DNA of 64,000 bases from Candidatus Binatia bacterium (GCA_035631035.1 DASQJL010000113.1:131703-195702), one strand, 5' to 3'; numbered from the stretch's first letter, positions 7,558 through 16,052 are shown. Numbers and translations: made by a program. Notes: generated by a model not told the origin, from the letters alone.

Positions 7558-9625
7558 TCCTTCGTCCCGGCGCGGGGTAGCCCTTCACTTCCTGGTAGCG
7601 GCGGTCCAACGCGTTCGTCAGGCGCACGCGCGCCTCGGCCGGGATCCAGCGCGCGAGAGACGCGGTAGCGCCCAGATCGAGCGCGGCGTAGCCGGGCGTG
7701 TCGCCCGAGAGCAGATGACCCTGGGGATCCACGAAGTCGAACGGATCGCGCATCGAGTCGGTCCAGCGCACGGACGCCGACGCGGTGGCCCAGGTGGCCG
7801 GCGCGGCCTCGATCCAGCCTCCGGCCCGCCACGCCGGACGCTTGGCGAGCCGTCGGTCGCTGCCGGCGCCCTCATTCAGATTCTTCGCGATCAGGCGGGC
7901 CGCCCATCCACCGACGGCGATGCGCCGAGAGGGCGCTACCCGCAGCGACGCCTCGCCCCCCTCGATCCGAGCCCGGCCGATGTTGTCCGCCGTGAAGAAG
8001 GAATTCGACTGGATGAGATCGCGAAACCGGGTCGTATGCCAGGTTGCGCGGGCCTCGAGACGGCCGCCGACCCAGTTCCCATCGGCGCCCGCCTCCCACG
8101 TCCGCGAGCGCTCGGGGCGGAGCGTCTCGGACCCGTAGAGCGGGTAGTAGAGATCGCTCAGGGTCGGGGCGGTGAACGCGCGGCCGTAGCCGCCGCGCAG
8201 CTTGAGCCCCACTTCTCGGATCGGCACCGCGATGGCCACCCGGGGCACGCCGATCGCCCCGTATCGCGAGTGATCGTCCAGCCGGACACCGGCATCGGCC
8301 AGCAAGCGCCGCCACTCGGCGTGCGCCTGCGCATACAGCGAGCGCGTGACCGCGATGTGATCGACGTGCGTCACCGAGCCGAATCCGCCATACCGCGAAT
8401 CGTCGTCCCGGGTCACGCTCTCTTCGCGGTATTCGGCGCCCGCGAGGAGCGAGCGCGACGCCGTTCCGATCCGCGCCCGCACGCCCGCGATCTCGCGCGC
8501 GTTGTCGAGCCGGGTGTCGACGTAGTCGCCACCCGTGGTATCGGGCCGGTTCTCGTAATCGATCCGGCCCCCGAACCCCGAGACCTCCCCCTCGAGCGAA
8601 ACCAGTCGTCCGAGTTCGCGGGCCGCCGACACGCGTCCCGTGATCACGCGGTCCCGCTCCTCCGTATTCGGGTCCAGCACCTCGTGCGTGAGGAAGTCGG
8701 ACAGGTCGAAGCGGTAGTCGTAGGGAACCTGTTTCACCCCGCGCGTGGCCAGCCCGCTGAACGCCAGGCGCCAGGGACCGACGGGCGCCGCCGCGTGCAC
8801 CCGGGTCGCGAGTCCGTCGTACTCGTCGCGTGGGCCGTCGCCGTCCGACGTGACCCGGCTCGCATACGCGCCCGCGGTCCACCGCTCGGGAGCGGCCCTC
8901 CACTCCGCCGATTGGCGCAGGGTGGCGCGATCGCCCACCTCGGCGCCGGCACGCAGCCGTGTCGGACCCGGATCCCACGGGCTCAGGAACTGGATCACGC
9001 CGCCCACCGCGCCGGTCCCGTAGAGCGAGGAGGCCGGGCCCCCCATGACCTCGATCTGTCCCCATCCGGCGCCGGGCAGGTCGGCGAAGTCAAACGTTCC
9101 GGCCCACGGGCCGTTGAGCGGGATGCCGTCGAAGAGCACGAGCGTATGACGCGGGTCGGCGCCGCGGAGCCGCACGTCGGTCAGCTTCCCCGTCGAGCCG
9201 GAGCGCTGGACGTCGACGGCGGGCACGGCACGCAGCGGGTCGGCGGCGAACAGCGCCTGGTCGCGATCGAGGCGCTCGCGTGCCACCACCGTGACGTCGC
9301 TGGGCGTGCGGTCCAGCCGGACCGGCGCGCGCTCGGCGGTGACCACGATCGGCGGAAGGAGATAGCGAGGCATCTCGGACGAGGGGGTCGCCGCGGCGGT
9401 GACCGCGCCCGCGGGCGTGCTCGTGGGGCCGACCGCGTCGGAGGGAGCGCCGGTGGGGCCGCCCGCGCCGCTCACAGCGCCCGGGGCCCCTGCCGACGAC
9501 GAATCCGCCGGGGGCGAGGAACCCTGCGCGCGCGCGGAAGCGACCGAGAACAGTATGAACATGGACAACACTAGAATTGACGACACGGCGAAGAAAACGG
9601 AGACGCGGAGACGAAGCGGTCCCAT
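7529..9625 (-). CDS. TonB-dependent outer membrane receptor (BtuB-like vitamin B12 transporter)
   Basis: Start at internal M52 (MGPLRLRVSVFFAVSSILVLSMFILFSVASARA signal peptide; GGGAGGACC before the ATG). Has a TonB box/plug (PIVVTAERAP...DVQRSGSTGKLTDVRLRGADPRHTLVLFDGIPLNGP...IEVMGGPASSLYGTGAVGGVIQF) followed by a long beta-barrel. Sits directly downstream of a cobalamin riboswitch. Confidence 0.85.
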   Translation of the reverse strand: MGPLRLRVSVFFAVSSILVLSMFILFSVASARAQGSSPPADSSSAGAPGAVSGAGGPTGAPSDAVGPTSTPAGAVTAAATPSSEMPRYLLPPIVVTAERAPVRLDRTPSDVTVVARERLDRDQALFAADPLRAVPAVDVQRSGSTGKLTDVRLRGADPRHTLVLFDGIPLNGPWAGTFDFADLPGAGWGQIEVMGGPASSLYGTGAVGGVIQFLSPWDPGPTRLRAGAEVGDRATLRQSAEWRAAPERWTAGAYASRVTSDGDGPRDEYDGLATRVHAAAPVGPWRLAFSGLATRGVKQVPYDYRFDLSDFLTHEVLDPNTEERDRVITGRVSAARELGRLVSLEGEVSGFGGRIDYENRPDTTGGDYVDTRLDNAREIAGVRARIGTASRSLLAGAEYREESVTRDDDSRYGGFGSVTHVDHIAVTRSLYAQAHAEWRRLLADAGVRLDDHSRYGAIGVPRVAIAVPIREVGLKLRGGYGRAFTAPTLSDLYYPLYGSETLRPERSRTWEAGADGNWVGGRLEARATWHTTRFRDLIQSNSFFTADNIGRARIEGGEASLRVAPSRRIAVGGWAARLIAKNLNEGAGSDRRLAKRPAWRAGGWIEAAPATWATASASVRWTDSMRDPFDFVDPQGHLLSGDTPGYAALDLGATASLARWIPAEARVRLTNALDRRYQEVKGYPAPGRRITVGFAYAR

Positions 9626-9659
9626 GGTCCTCCCTCTCGAAGGATGGGGATGGAATGGA

Positions 9660-9860
9660 GCAGGGGCCGGTCTCCTGACTCGCGGATCATCCTCGAGCGG
9701 CGCCTTCCCGGGGTTTCCCAGTGGCGTCGTGCCGCTCTCGTCACCGCTCACAGTGGCGGGGCCGTGTCGGATTCGCACCGACTTCCCGGGCTCCCACGGG
9801 GGGAGCCCATCCCGTGCTCGCCGCGCCCGCGTGGGCGCGACCCGCTCAACCTAGCAGAAC
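9660..9860 (-). promoter_or_regulatory. Cobalamin (AdoCbl) riboswitch in the 5' leader of the TonB-dependent receptor gene
   Basis: Minus-strand RNA reads ...GGGAAGTCGGTGCGAATCCGACACGGCCCCGCCACTGTGAGCGG...GCCACTGGGAAACCCCGGGAAGGCGCC...AGTCAGGAGACCGGCCCC. This matches the conserved GGGAA / GGTG-NAA-TCC / CCCGCCACTGT / GGGAAGGC / B12-box AGYCAGGAGACCKGCC elements. The B12 box ends about 38 nt before the SD and ATG. Confidence 0.85.
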
Positions 9861-9878
9861 CGGGCCGGGGCCGCTACG

Positions 9879-9954
9879 GGCGCCCCGGTCGGTTCAGAAC
9901 TTCACCAGGGCGCGACCGACCGGCGCCCCGGACGGCTCTAAAACTTCACCTGGG
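9879..9954. repeat. Imperfect about 32-nt direct duplication of the lemA 3' end (two copies at about 9879-9910 and 9922-9954)
   Basis: The copy at 9922-9954 contains the lemA stop (CCCCAGGTGAAGTTTTAG, PQVKF*). The other copy (CCCTGGTGAAGTTCTGAACCGACCGGGGCGCC) is a degenerate repeat of the same sequence. Confidence 0.5.
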
Positions 9955-10522
9955 GCACGACCTTCGCGGCAGCGGGCGCCTCGAAGAGCGGCATCGCGGC
10001 GAAGTTGAACGCTCCCGCCACGAGGTTCGCCGGGAAGCGCCGGATCCGGACGTTGTAGTCCCGCACGACCTCGTTGTAGCGCATCCGCTCGGTCGCGATC
10101 CGGTTCTCCGTTCCCGCCAGCTCGTCCTGGAGCCGCATGAAGTTCTCGCTCGACTTGAGGACGGGGTAGTTCTCCACGACCACGAGCAGCCGCGCCAGCG
10201 CGCTCTCGAGCTGATTGTTCGCCGCGATCGTCTCCGCCGGATTCCGGGCCCCCGCCATGCGCGCGCGGGCGTCGGCGATGGCGGTAAAGATGGTCGTCTC
10301 CTGCTTGGCGTAGCCCTTCACCGTCTCGACGTAGTTCGGGATCAGGTCGTTCCGGCGCTGGAGCTGGTTCTCTACCTGCGCCCAGGCCGTCTTCGCCTGC
10401 TCCTGCATGCCGACTAGGTCGTTGTACGTCGCGCGCACGTACATCGCGACGAAGATCGCGCCGACGATGATGATGCCGAGCGCGATCCCGATCACGCCCA
10501 GCGAGCTCATGCGATTGGCCAT
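9938..10522 (-). CDS. lemA: LemA family protein
   Basis: 194 aa with an N-terminal TM helix (LGVIGIALGIIIVGAIFVAMYV) followed by the conserved LemA core NDLVGMQEQAKTAWAQVENQLQRRNDLIPNYVETVKGYAKQE...ENYPVLKSSENFMRLQDEL. Confidence 0.85.
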   Translation of the reverse strand: MANRMSSLGVIGIALGIIIVGAIFVAMYVRATYNDLVGMQEQAKTAWAQVENQLQRRNDLIPNYVETVKGYAKQETTIFTAIADARARMAGARNPAETIAANNQLESALARLLVVVENYPVLKSSENFMRLQDELAGTENRIATERMRYNEVVRDYNVRIRRFPANLVAGAFNFAAMPLFEAPAAAKVVPQVKF

Positions 10523-10580
10523 CGAGTTCCTCCTCCTTGTGCCCGTGCCCAGGGTCCTGCGTTTGGTCCTTCGCTTCGAT

Positions 10581-11312
10581 TCATGACGACGATCCGTCCA
10601 ACCGCTCGGCCTCGGCGAGGAGCCGCTCCACCAGGAGCCTCGCCGATTCCAGGAGCCGCGACGCTTCCACGCGCGGCCGGTCGGCGTCGCGCGTCAGCAG
10701 GGCCTGGAGCGCGTCCCGGTCCACGCCGAAACGCTCGGCGCATCGCTCCGCCAGATCGGCGCGCCGCGCGGGAAGCGGCTCGCCGATCAGGTGGAGCAGC
10801 CCCGACGCCGACGCGCCGATGGCGCGCGAAGCCTGCGAGGCCCAGTGCCGCGCACCGCCCGGCGTGCCCGCGAGCGCGACCCAGCTCGCCGCCAGCCCCA
10901 GCTCCTGCGCGCGTAGGAGCCGCTCCACGGCCGAACGCAGGCAGGCGCGATCGACCGTGAGCCCCGCGTAGAGATCGGGGCCGTGCAGGGTCTGGTGCCA
11001 CTGGCGCAGCAGCAGGTACTCGAGCGGAAACGTGTCCTGCGAGTCCTCCAGCGATTTCCTGGCGAGCAGGAGCGGGCGCGCGACGCGGTGGCGCACCCAG
11101 CTTCGGTGCGCCGGGCGCAGCGCCTCCAGCTCCGCCGCGCCGAGGGTGGTGAACACGAAGACGACGTTCACGTCGGAGTGCGCGACATCGAACTCCCCGC
11201 GCGCGGCGCTTCCGTAGAGGGCCGCCGAGAGAAGCCGCTCGCCCGTCGCCGCGCGCGCGGCTTCCACCGCGGCTCTCGCCGCTTCCATCGGATCGAACCG
11301 CCTGGGCCACAT
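10581..11312 (-). CDS. nucleotidyltransferase domain protein (Pol-beta superfamily; AadA/KNTase-like architecture)
   Basis: Start at internal ATG 11312 (GGGGAGG 11 nt upstream). The sequence preceding it in the 432-aa track ORF is artefact. NTase motif LYGSAARGEFDVAHSDVNVVFV (GS...D-x-N, second acidic residue replaced by Asn), then a helical C-terminal region. Confidence 0.5.
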   Translation of the reverse strand: MWPRRFDPMEAARAAVEAARAATGERLLSAALYGSAARGEFDVAHSDVNVVFVFTTLGAAELEALRPAHRSWVRHRVARPLLLARKSLEDSQDTFPLEYLLLRQWHQTLHGPDLYAGLTVDRACLRSAVERLLRAQELGLAASWVALAGTPGGARHWASQASRAIGASASGLLHLIGEPLPARRADLAERCAERFGVDRDALQALLTRDADRPRVEASRLLESARLLVERLLAEAERLDGSSS

Positions 11313-11332
11313 GCGCCGACTCGCCTCCCCGC

Positions 11333-12325
11333 TCAGAACCGGCCGCTCGCGCCGCCGCCGCCGCTCATGCCGCCGCCGAAGCCGCCGAAGCCACCGAAGC
11401 CTCCGCGGCTTCCCCCCACGCCGCCCATCCCGCCCATCCCCCCGAAGCCTCCGCCCCAGGGACCATACCAGCCGCCTCCCCGACCCGACCAGTCGCTCCA
11501 CCCCCGCCGTCCGCGGGTCGCCCGGTTGAACGCGGAGCTCACGATCACGAAGAAGAGCAGGATCAGGAGCATGCCCAGGAAGGAGGGGGGTCCGCCATTT
11601 CCCTCGAGCGGCGGCGGCGTGACGCCGGCCGACCCGGTCAAGGTGACCCCCTTCTCCTGCGCCACCGCCGCGGCCACCGCCTGCGCGCCGCGGAGCAGCC
11701 CGGTGCCGAACTGATTCGCGTGGAGGTATGGGCCCATCACGAGCCGGATGATGCCGCCGCAGCGCCCGTCGGGAAGGACCCCTTCGAGCCCATAGCCGGG
11801 CTCGATCCGGATGCGCCGCTCGGAGACCGCGAGCAGGATCAGGACCCCGTCGTTCTCCCCCTTCCGGCCGACGCCCCATTTCGCGAAGAGGTCGGTGGCG
11901 GCGGGCTCGATCTCCTCACCGCCGAGGTCGGGGAAGGTAGCGACCGCGATCTCGGACCCCGTCTTCTCGCGAAGCTCGACCGCGAGGGATTCGATCGAAT
12001 CGGCCGAGGCGGGATCGACGACGTGCGCGAAGTCGCTCAGGTGTCCGAGTGGGGGAGGCCAGTCGCGGGCATATCCTCGCGGCGGAGCCGCGAGAAGAAC
12101 GGCGCCGCCCAGGAGTACGAGGGCCGCAGTACGGACCGCGGGGGCCAGGAGTGCGAGGGCTGCGTTACGGACCGCGGGGGCCAGGAATACAAGTGCCGCC
12201 CTACGGACCAGGCCCTTCCTACGGGCCGCCCTACGAACCGCGCCCCTCCGACGGCCCCCGCCCCGTGCGGCCTTCGGCCGCACGTTATCGATAATTCGTA
12301 AACTGCAAATCGAGTCCGAAGTCAT
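11333..12325 (-). CDS. TPM-domain (YgcG-like) membrane protein with Gly-rich C-terminal tail; start uncertain (ATG 12325 overlaps yajQ by 40 nt; GTG at 12283 immediately follows the yajQ stop)
   Basis: TPM core HLSDFAHVVDPASADSIESLAVELREKTGSEIAVATFPDLGGEEIEPAATDLFAKWGVGRKGENDGVLILLAVSERRIRIEPGYGLEG, a TM segment, then a GGFGGMGG tail. A 3 x 36-nt tandem repeat lies in the N-terminal signal/anchor region. Confidence 0.6.
   Translation of the reverse strand: MTSDSICSLRIIDNVRPKAARGGGRRRGAVRRAARRKGLVRRAALVFLAPAVRNAALALLAPAVRTAALVLLGGAVLLAAPPRGYARDWPPPLGHLSDFAHVVDPASADSIESLAVELREKTGSEIAVATFPDLGGEEIEPAATDLFAKWGVGRKGENDGVLILLAVSERRIRIEPGYGLEGVLPDGRCGGIIRLVMGPYLHANQFGTGLLRGAQAVAAAVAQEKGVTLTGSAGVTPPPLEGNGGPPSFLGMLLILLFFVIVSSAFNRATRGRRGWSDWSGRGGGWYGPWGGGFGGMGGMGGVGGSRGGFGGFGGFGGGMSGGGGASGRF
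12108..12215. repeat. Three imperfect copies of a 36-nt tandem repeat (GGCCAGGAGTGCGAGGGCTGCGTTACGGACCGCGGG-like)
   Basis: On the minus strand it encodes LAPAVRNAALAL / LAPAVRTAALVL in the TPM protein N-terminal hydrophobic region. Confidence 0.7.
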
Positions 12326-12776
12326 GTCCCTTGACGGCCTGGATCACCGCCTGGAGGTCGTCGCGCTTTTTTCCGGTCACGCGCACCTGGTCTTCCTGGA
12401 TCTGGGCCTGCACGCGGACGCCGGTGCCCTTGATGAACTTCACGATCTCCTTCGCCTTCTCGGACGCGATCCCTTTCCGGATCGTGACGACCTGGCGGAC
12501 CGTGCCCTTGGCCGCGGGCTCGATCTTCCCGTACTCGAGCGCCTTGAGCGAGACCCCGCGCTTCACGAGCTTCCCCTGCAGGATGTCGATCACCGACTTC
12601 AGCTTGGACTCATCGTCGGAGGTGAGCGTGAGGGTCTCCTTATCCATGGCGATGTCGCTCGCGCTCCCCTTGAAGTCGAATCGCTGATGGATCTCCTTCA
12701 GGGCCTGCTGGACGGCGTTCGAGGCCTCCATGAGATCGACGTCCGAGACGATGTCGAACGAGTTGTCTGCCGCCAT
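12285..12776 (-). CDS. yajQ: YajQ family (UPF0234) nucleotide / c-di-GMP-binding protein
   Basis: Start at internal M28 (MAADNSFDIVSDVDLMEASNAVQQALKEIHQRFDFKGS...), giving 163 aa, the typical YajQ length and N-terminal motif. Confidence 0.8.
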   Translation of the reverse strand: MAADNSFDIVSDVDLMEASNAVQQALKEIHQRFDFKGSASDIAMDKETLTLTSDDESKLKSVIDILQGKLVKRGVSLKALEYGKIEPAAKGTVRQVVTIRKGIASEKAKEIVKFIKGTGVRVQAQIQEDQVRVTGKKRDDLQAVIQAVKGHDFGLDLQFTNYR

Positions 12777-12944
12777 CCGGTTCCTCCCATGCGTCCCGGC
12801 CGGCGCCGGGCAAACGGAAGGGGAAGCAGGCCGCCGAAGCGTCCGCTTCCCCTCCACCTTGTACCGCTCGCTACTCTATGCGAACTGCCACTATTCATGA
12901 AGCAAGTAGCGTTGGTCCGTGTGCCGGACCTGCGCTGCGCAGGC

Positions 12945-13133
12945 TTAGTGGGTCATCCCCGTCGTGTCGGCCGGCGCGGCCATCCCCGTCGTATCCGTAA
13001 CCGGGGGGGTCGTCTGCTCCATGCCGGTACCGGTCTCCGTGTTCGTGGTCTCCTGCTTCTTGCTGCAACCCAAGGCGAAAACCAGAGCCATCGCGAACAC
13101 GAACATCAGCGTGACGGTCAGAAGCTTCTTCAT
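12945..13133 (-). CDS. small lipoprotein (62 aa) with DTTGM-type repeats
   Basis: Start at M14 with a strong SD (GGAAGGAGGTGATCGTAGG-ATG). MKKLLTVTLMFVFAMALVFALGCS is a signal peptide plus lipobox. The mature part is Thr-rich (TETGTGMEQTTPPVTDTTGMAAPADTTGMTH). It sits in a locally lower-GC stretch. Confidence 0.45.
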   Translation of the reverse strand: MKKLLTVTLMFVFAMALVFALGCSKKQETTNTETGTGMEQTTPPVTDTTGMAAPADTTGMTH

Positions 13134-13352
13134 CCTACGATCACCTCCTTCCGTGTTTGCTGGGCATCCCACGTCCCATGCCAGTCTTCGGCGTCATTCG
13201 CCACATAAAGCAAAACACCACTGGTGAGAGCGGTGCTTGTCGGGATCCGTATTCGGGCTTCCTTGCATCCTCCTTCTCCTCGGATCCTCCCGAGGCGAGA
13301 ACGGCGGGACACTAAGGAACCCCCGTGAACGTGTCAAGGAACAACTTGGAAG

Positions 13353-14492
13353 TCAGAGGACCGAGAGGGCGCGCTCCAGGTCGCCCTGGAGGTCGTCGAG
13401 GTCTTCGATGCCGACGGAAATTCTTACGAGTCCATCGGTTAGGCCCGACTTCTCGCGCTCAGCGCGGGGCACCGACGCATGGGTCATGGTGGCCGGATGA
13501 CTGATCAGGCTCTCGACGCCGCCGAGACTCTCGGCAAGCGCGAAGACACGCGTCGCCCGCAGCACCGCGGCGCCCCGCTCGACGCTTCCCGTATCGAAGG
13601 CGATCATCCCACCGAAGCCGGAGGCCTGCCGCTGATGGAGAGCGTGGCCCGGATGGCCGGGGAGTCCCGGGTAGTAGATCTTCTGAAGCTTCGGATGCTT
13701 CGCGAGCCAGCCCGCGATCGCCCGCGCGTTCGACTCATGGCGGTCCATGCGGACGGCCAGGGTCTTCAGGCCGCGGAGCACGAGGAAGCAGTCGAACGGC
13801 CCGGGAACCGCCCCCACCGCGTTCTGGAGAAACTGGAGGCGCTGCGAGGCCTCCGCGTCGTTCGAGACCACGGCGCCTCCGACCATGTCGCTGTGCCCGT
13901 TCAGATACTTGGTGGTGCTGTAGACCACCAGGTGCGCCCCCAGCTCCAGCGGCCGCTGGAAATAGCTCGTCATGAACGTGTTGTCCACGCAGAGGAGCGC
14001 GTTCCGCTCGCGCGCGATCGCGGCCAGGGCGCGCAGGTCGGAGATGATCATCGAGGGGTTCGTGGGCGTCTCGACGTAGAGGAGCCTGGTCTCGGGACGG
14101 AAGGCGGCCCGCACGGCCTCCGTGTCGGAGGTGTCCACGTAGGTGAAGGAGACCCCGAAGGTCGCCATGACCTGGTCGAAGTAGCGGAAGGTCCCGCCAT
14201 ACATGTTGTTCGACGAGACCACGTGGTCCCCGGCGCGCAGCAGGTGGAGCACCGCCGCGATCGCCGACATCCCCGAGGCGAACGCGAACGCGCGCTCCCC
14301 CTTCTCGAGGACGGCCAGGCAGCGCTCGAGCGCGAGCCGCGTGGGATTCTGCGTCCGGGCGTACTCGAAGCCCTTGTGCTTGCCCAGCTCTTCCTGGACG
14401 TACGTGGAGGTCTGGTAGATCGGAACCGAGATGGCTCCGGTCGTGGGGTCGGGCTCCTGCCCCGCGTGGATGGCGTCGGTCGAGAAGCCCAC
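13353..14492 (-). CDS. cystathionine gamma-lyase / gamma-synthase family PLP enzyme
   Basis: 379 aa with trans-sulfuration PLP-enzyme motifs (YSTTKYLNGHSDMVGG, with the Lys in TTKY as the PLP lysine). Confidence 0.85.
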   Translation of the reverse strand: MGFSTDAIHAGQEPDPTTGAISVPIYQTSTYVQEELGKHKGFEYARTQNPTRLALERCLAVLEKGERAFAFASGMSAIAAVLHLLRAGDHVVSSNNMYGGTFRYFDQVMATFGVSFTYVDTSDTEAVRAAFRPETRLLYVETPTNPSMIISDLRALAAIARERNALLCVDNTFMTSYFQRPLELGAHLVVYSTTKYLNGHSDMVGGAVVSNDAEASQRLQFLQNAVGAVPGPFDCFLVLRGLKTLAVRMDRHESNARAIAGWLAKHPKLQKIYYPGLPGHPGHALHQRQASGFGGMIAFDTGSVERGAAVLRATRVFALAESLGGVESLISHPATMTHASVPRAEREKSGLTDGLVRISVGIEDLDDLQGDLERALSVL

Positions 14493-14493
14493 G

Positions 14494-15912
14494 CTAGGGC
14501 GCGACGTACTCGAGGAGGTCGAACCGCGTGAGGATGCCGGCGGGCTTGCCGTTCTCGTCGATGGCGACGGCGGCGTTGCTCGAGGCGAAGAGCTTCATGA
14601 CGCGAGGCAGGTGCGCGTCCATCGGCAGGGTCGGGAGCGCTTTCTCGATCAGGTACTCGAGGCGGGTCTCGCCGGTGGCGCCCCCGCTCAGCACCTTCTG
14701 GAGGAGGGCTCCTTCGGAGACCGAACCGACCACGGTCCCGTCTTTCAGCACCGGGAGCTGGGAGATGTTGAACTCCTTGATCAGGTCGAGGGCGCGCGCC
14801 GCGGTCTCGTCGTAGGCGACCGAGACCAGGCCGGGGATGTGGTTCCGCTTGCCGCGGACCACCTCAGCCACCGTCACCGCGCTCGAATCGAGGAGGCGGT
14901 TGTCGCGCATCCACTCGTCGGAGTGCACTTTCGTGAGGTAGCGCTCCCCCGTGTCCGGGATGAGCACCACGACGCGCTCCCCCTCCTTCGCGCGCCGCGC
15001 CACCGCGAGCGCCACGAAGAGCGCCGTTCCGGCGGAGCCGCCCGCCAGGATCCCCTCCTCGCGCGCCAGGCGCCGGCAGGTGTTGAGCGACTGGAAGTCG
15101 TTCACCTGCATGACCTCGTCGATCACGGTGAAGTCCATGGTGCCGGGGATGAAGTCCTCGCCGATCCCCTCCACCTTGTAGGTGCGGGCGGGGGTCATCT
15201 GCTTCGTGTAGAAGAAATCCTTGAGGATCGAGCCGACCGGATCGGCGCCGATCACCTTGATCTTGGGGTCCATTTCCTTGAGATAGCGCCCCGTCCCGCT
15301 TACGGTGCCGCCGGTGCCCAGGGCCACCACGAAGTAGTCCAGCCGTCCCCCGGTCTGCCGCCAGATCTCGGGGCCGGTGGTCTTGTAGTGCGACTCGGGG
15401 TTGGTCGGGTTGTAGTACTGGTTCGCGAGATAGGCGCCCGGAATCTCCCGCGCGAGCCGCCGGGCCACCTCGTAGTAGGAATCCGGTGAGTCGGGCGGAA
15501 CGGCCGTGGGCGTGATGATCACCTCGGCGCCGAACGACTTGAGCAGATTGATCTTCTCGCGGCTGACCTTGTCGGGCATGCAGAGGATGGCGCGGTAGCC
15601 TCGCACCGAGGCGACCATGGCGAGGCCGGTGCCGGTGTTGCCCGAGGTGGCCTCGACGATCGTGCCGCCCGGCTTCAGCAGCCCCTTCGCTTCGGCTTCG
15701 GCCACGATCTGGACCGCGATCCGGTCCTTCACCGAACCGCCCGGATTCATGAACTCGATCTTGGCGATGACCTCGGCCTTGCAGTCGCGCGCCAGGTTCC
15801 GGAGGCGGACGAGCGGCGTGTTCCCGATCGTCTCGAGGATGGAATCGTGGATGCGCGGCGAAGCCGCGGAGAGGTCGGCGGCGGCCGGAGCCGTGTCGGT
15901 CGAGCGGTTCAC
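14494..15912 (-). CDS. cystathionine beta-synthase (PLP domain + tandem CBS domains)
   Basis: 472 aa. GNTPLVRL...NPGGSVKDRIA...ATSGNTGTGLA is a fold-type II PLP core; the C-terminal about 120 aa are CBS pair domains. Confidence 0.85.
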   Translation of the reverse strand: MNRSTDTAPAAADLSAASPRIHDSILETIGNTPLVRLRNLARDCKAEVIAKIEFMNPGGSVKDRIAVQIVAEAEAKGLLKPGGTIVEATSGNTGTGLAMVASVRGYRAILCMPDKVSREKINLLKSFGAEVIITPTAVPPDSPDSYYEVARRLAREIPGAYLANQYYNPTNPESHYKTTGPEIWRQTGGRLDYFVVALGTGGTVSGTGRYLKEMDPKIKVIGADPVGSILKDFFYTKQMTPARTYKVEGIGEDFIPGTMDFTVIDEVMQVNDFQSLNTCRRLAREEGILAGGSAGTALFVALAVARRAKEGERVVVLIPDTGERYLTKVHSDEWMRDNRLLDSSAVTVAEVVRGKRNHIPGLVSVAYDETAARALDLIKEFNISQLPVLKDGTVVGSVSEGALLQKVLSGGATGETRLEYLIEKALPTLPMDAHLPRVMKLFASSNAAVAIDENGKPAGILTRFDLLEYVAP

Positions 15913-16052
15913 GAAGGTCCCAGGAAATGGAGAAAAGGACGGTGTCTTCGCGACGACGCTACGAGGGGCGGGGCGATCCGGTCAAGGAGGGAATTCGGCC
16001 GGCCCGGTCGGGACGGCGCGGCGCCGGGGACGCGGGGCCGGACAACGAAGCG

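Noticed and set aside
10581-11312. The nucleotidyltransferase as a CBASS-type cGAS/DncV-like nucleotidyltransferase (CD-NTase) defence gene
   Set aside because: Only the generic Pol-beta GS...D-x-[DN] motif is present. The size (243 aa) and C-terminal helical domain fit AadA/KNTase-like NTases better than CD-NTases. No effector or HEPN partner gene is adjacent.
15913-16052. Possible SAM/SAH riboswitch in the CBS leader, and likewise in the MetE-like leader at 51122-51290
   Set aside because: No SAM-I/II/SAH consensus blocks were recognisable. The 51122-51290 region is better explained as the coding N-terminus plus SD of the metE-like gene.
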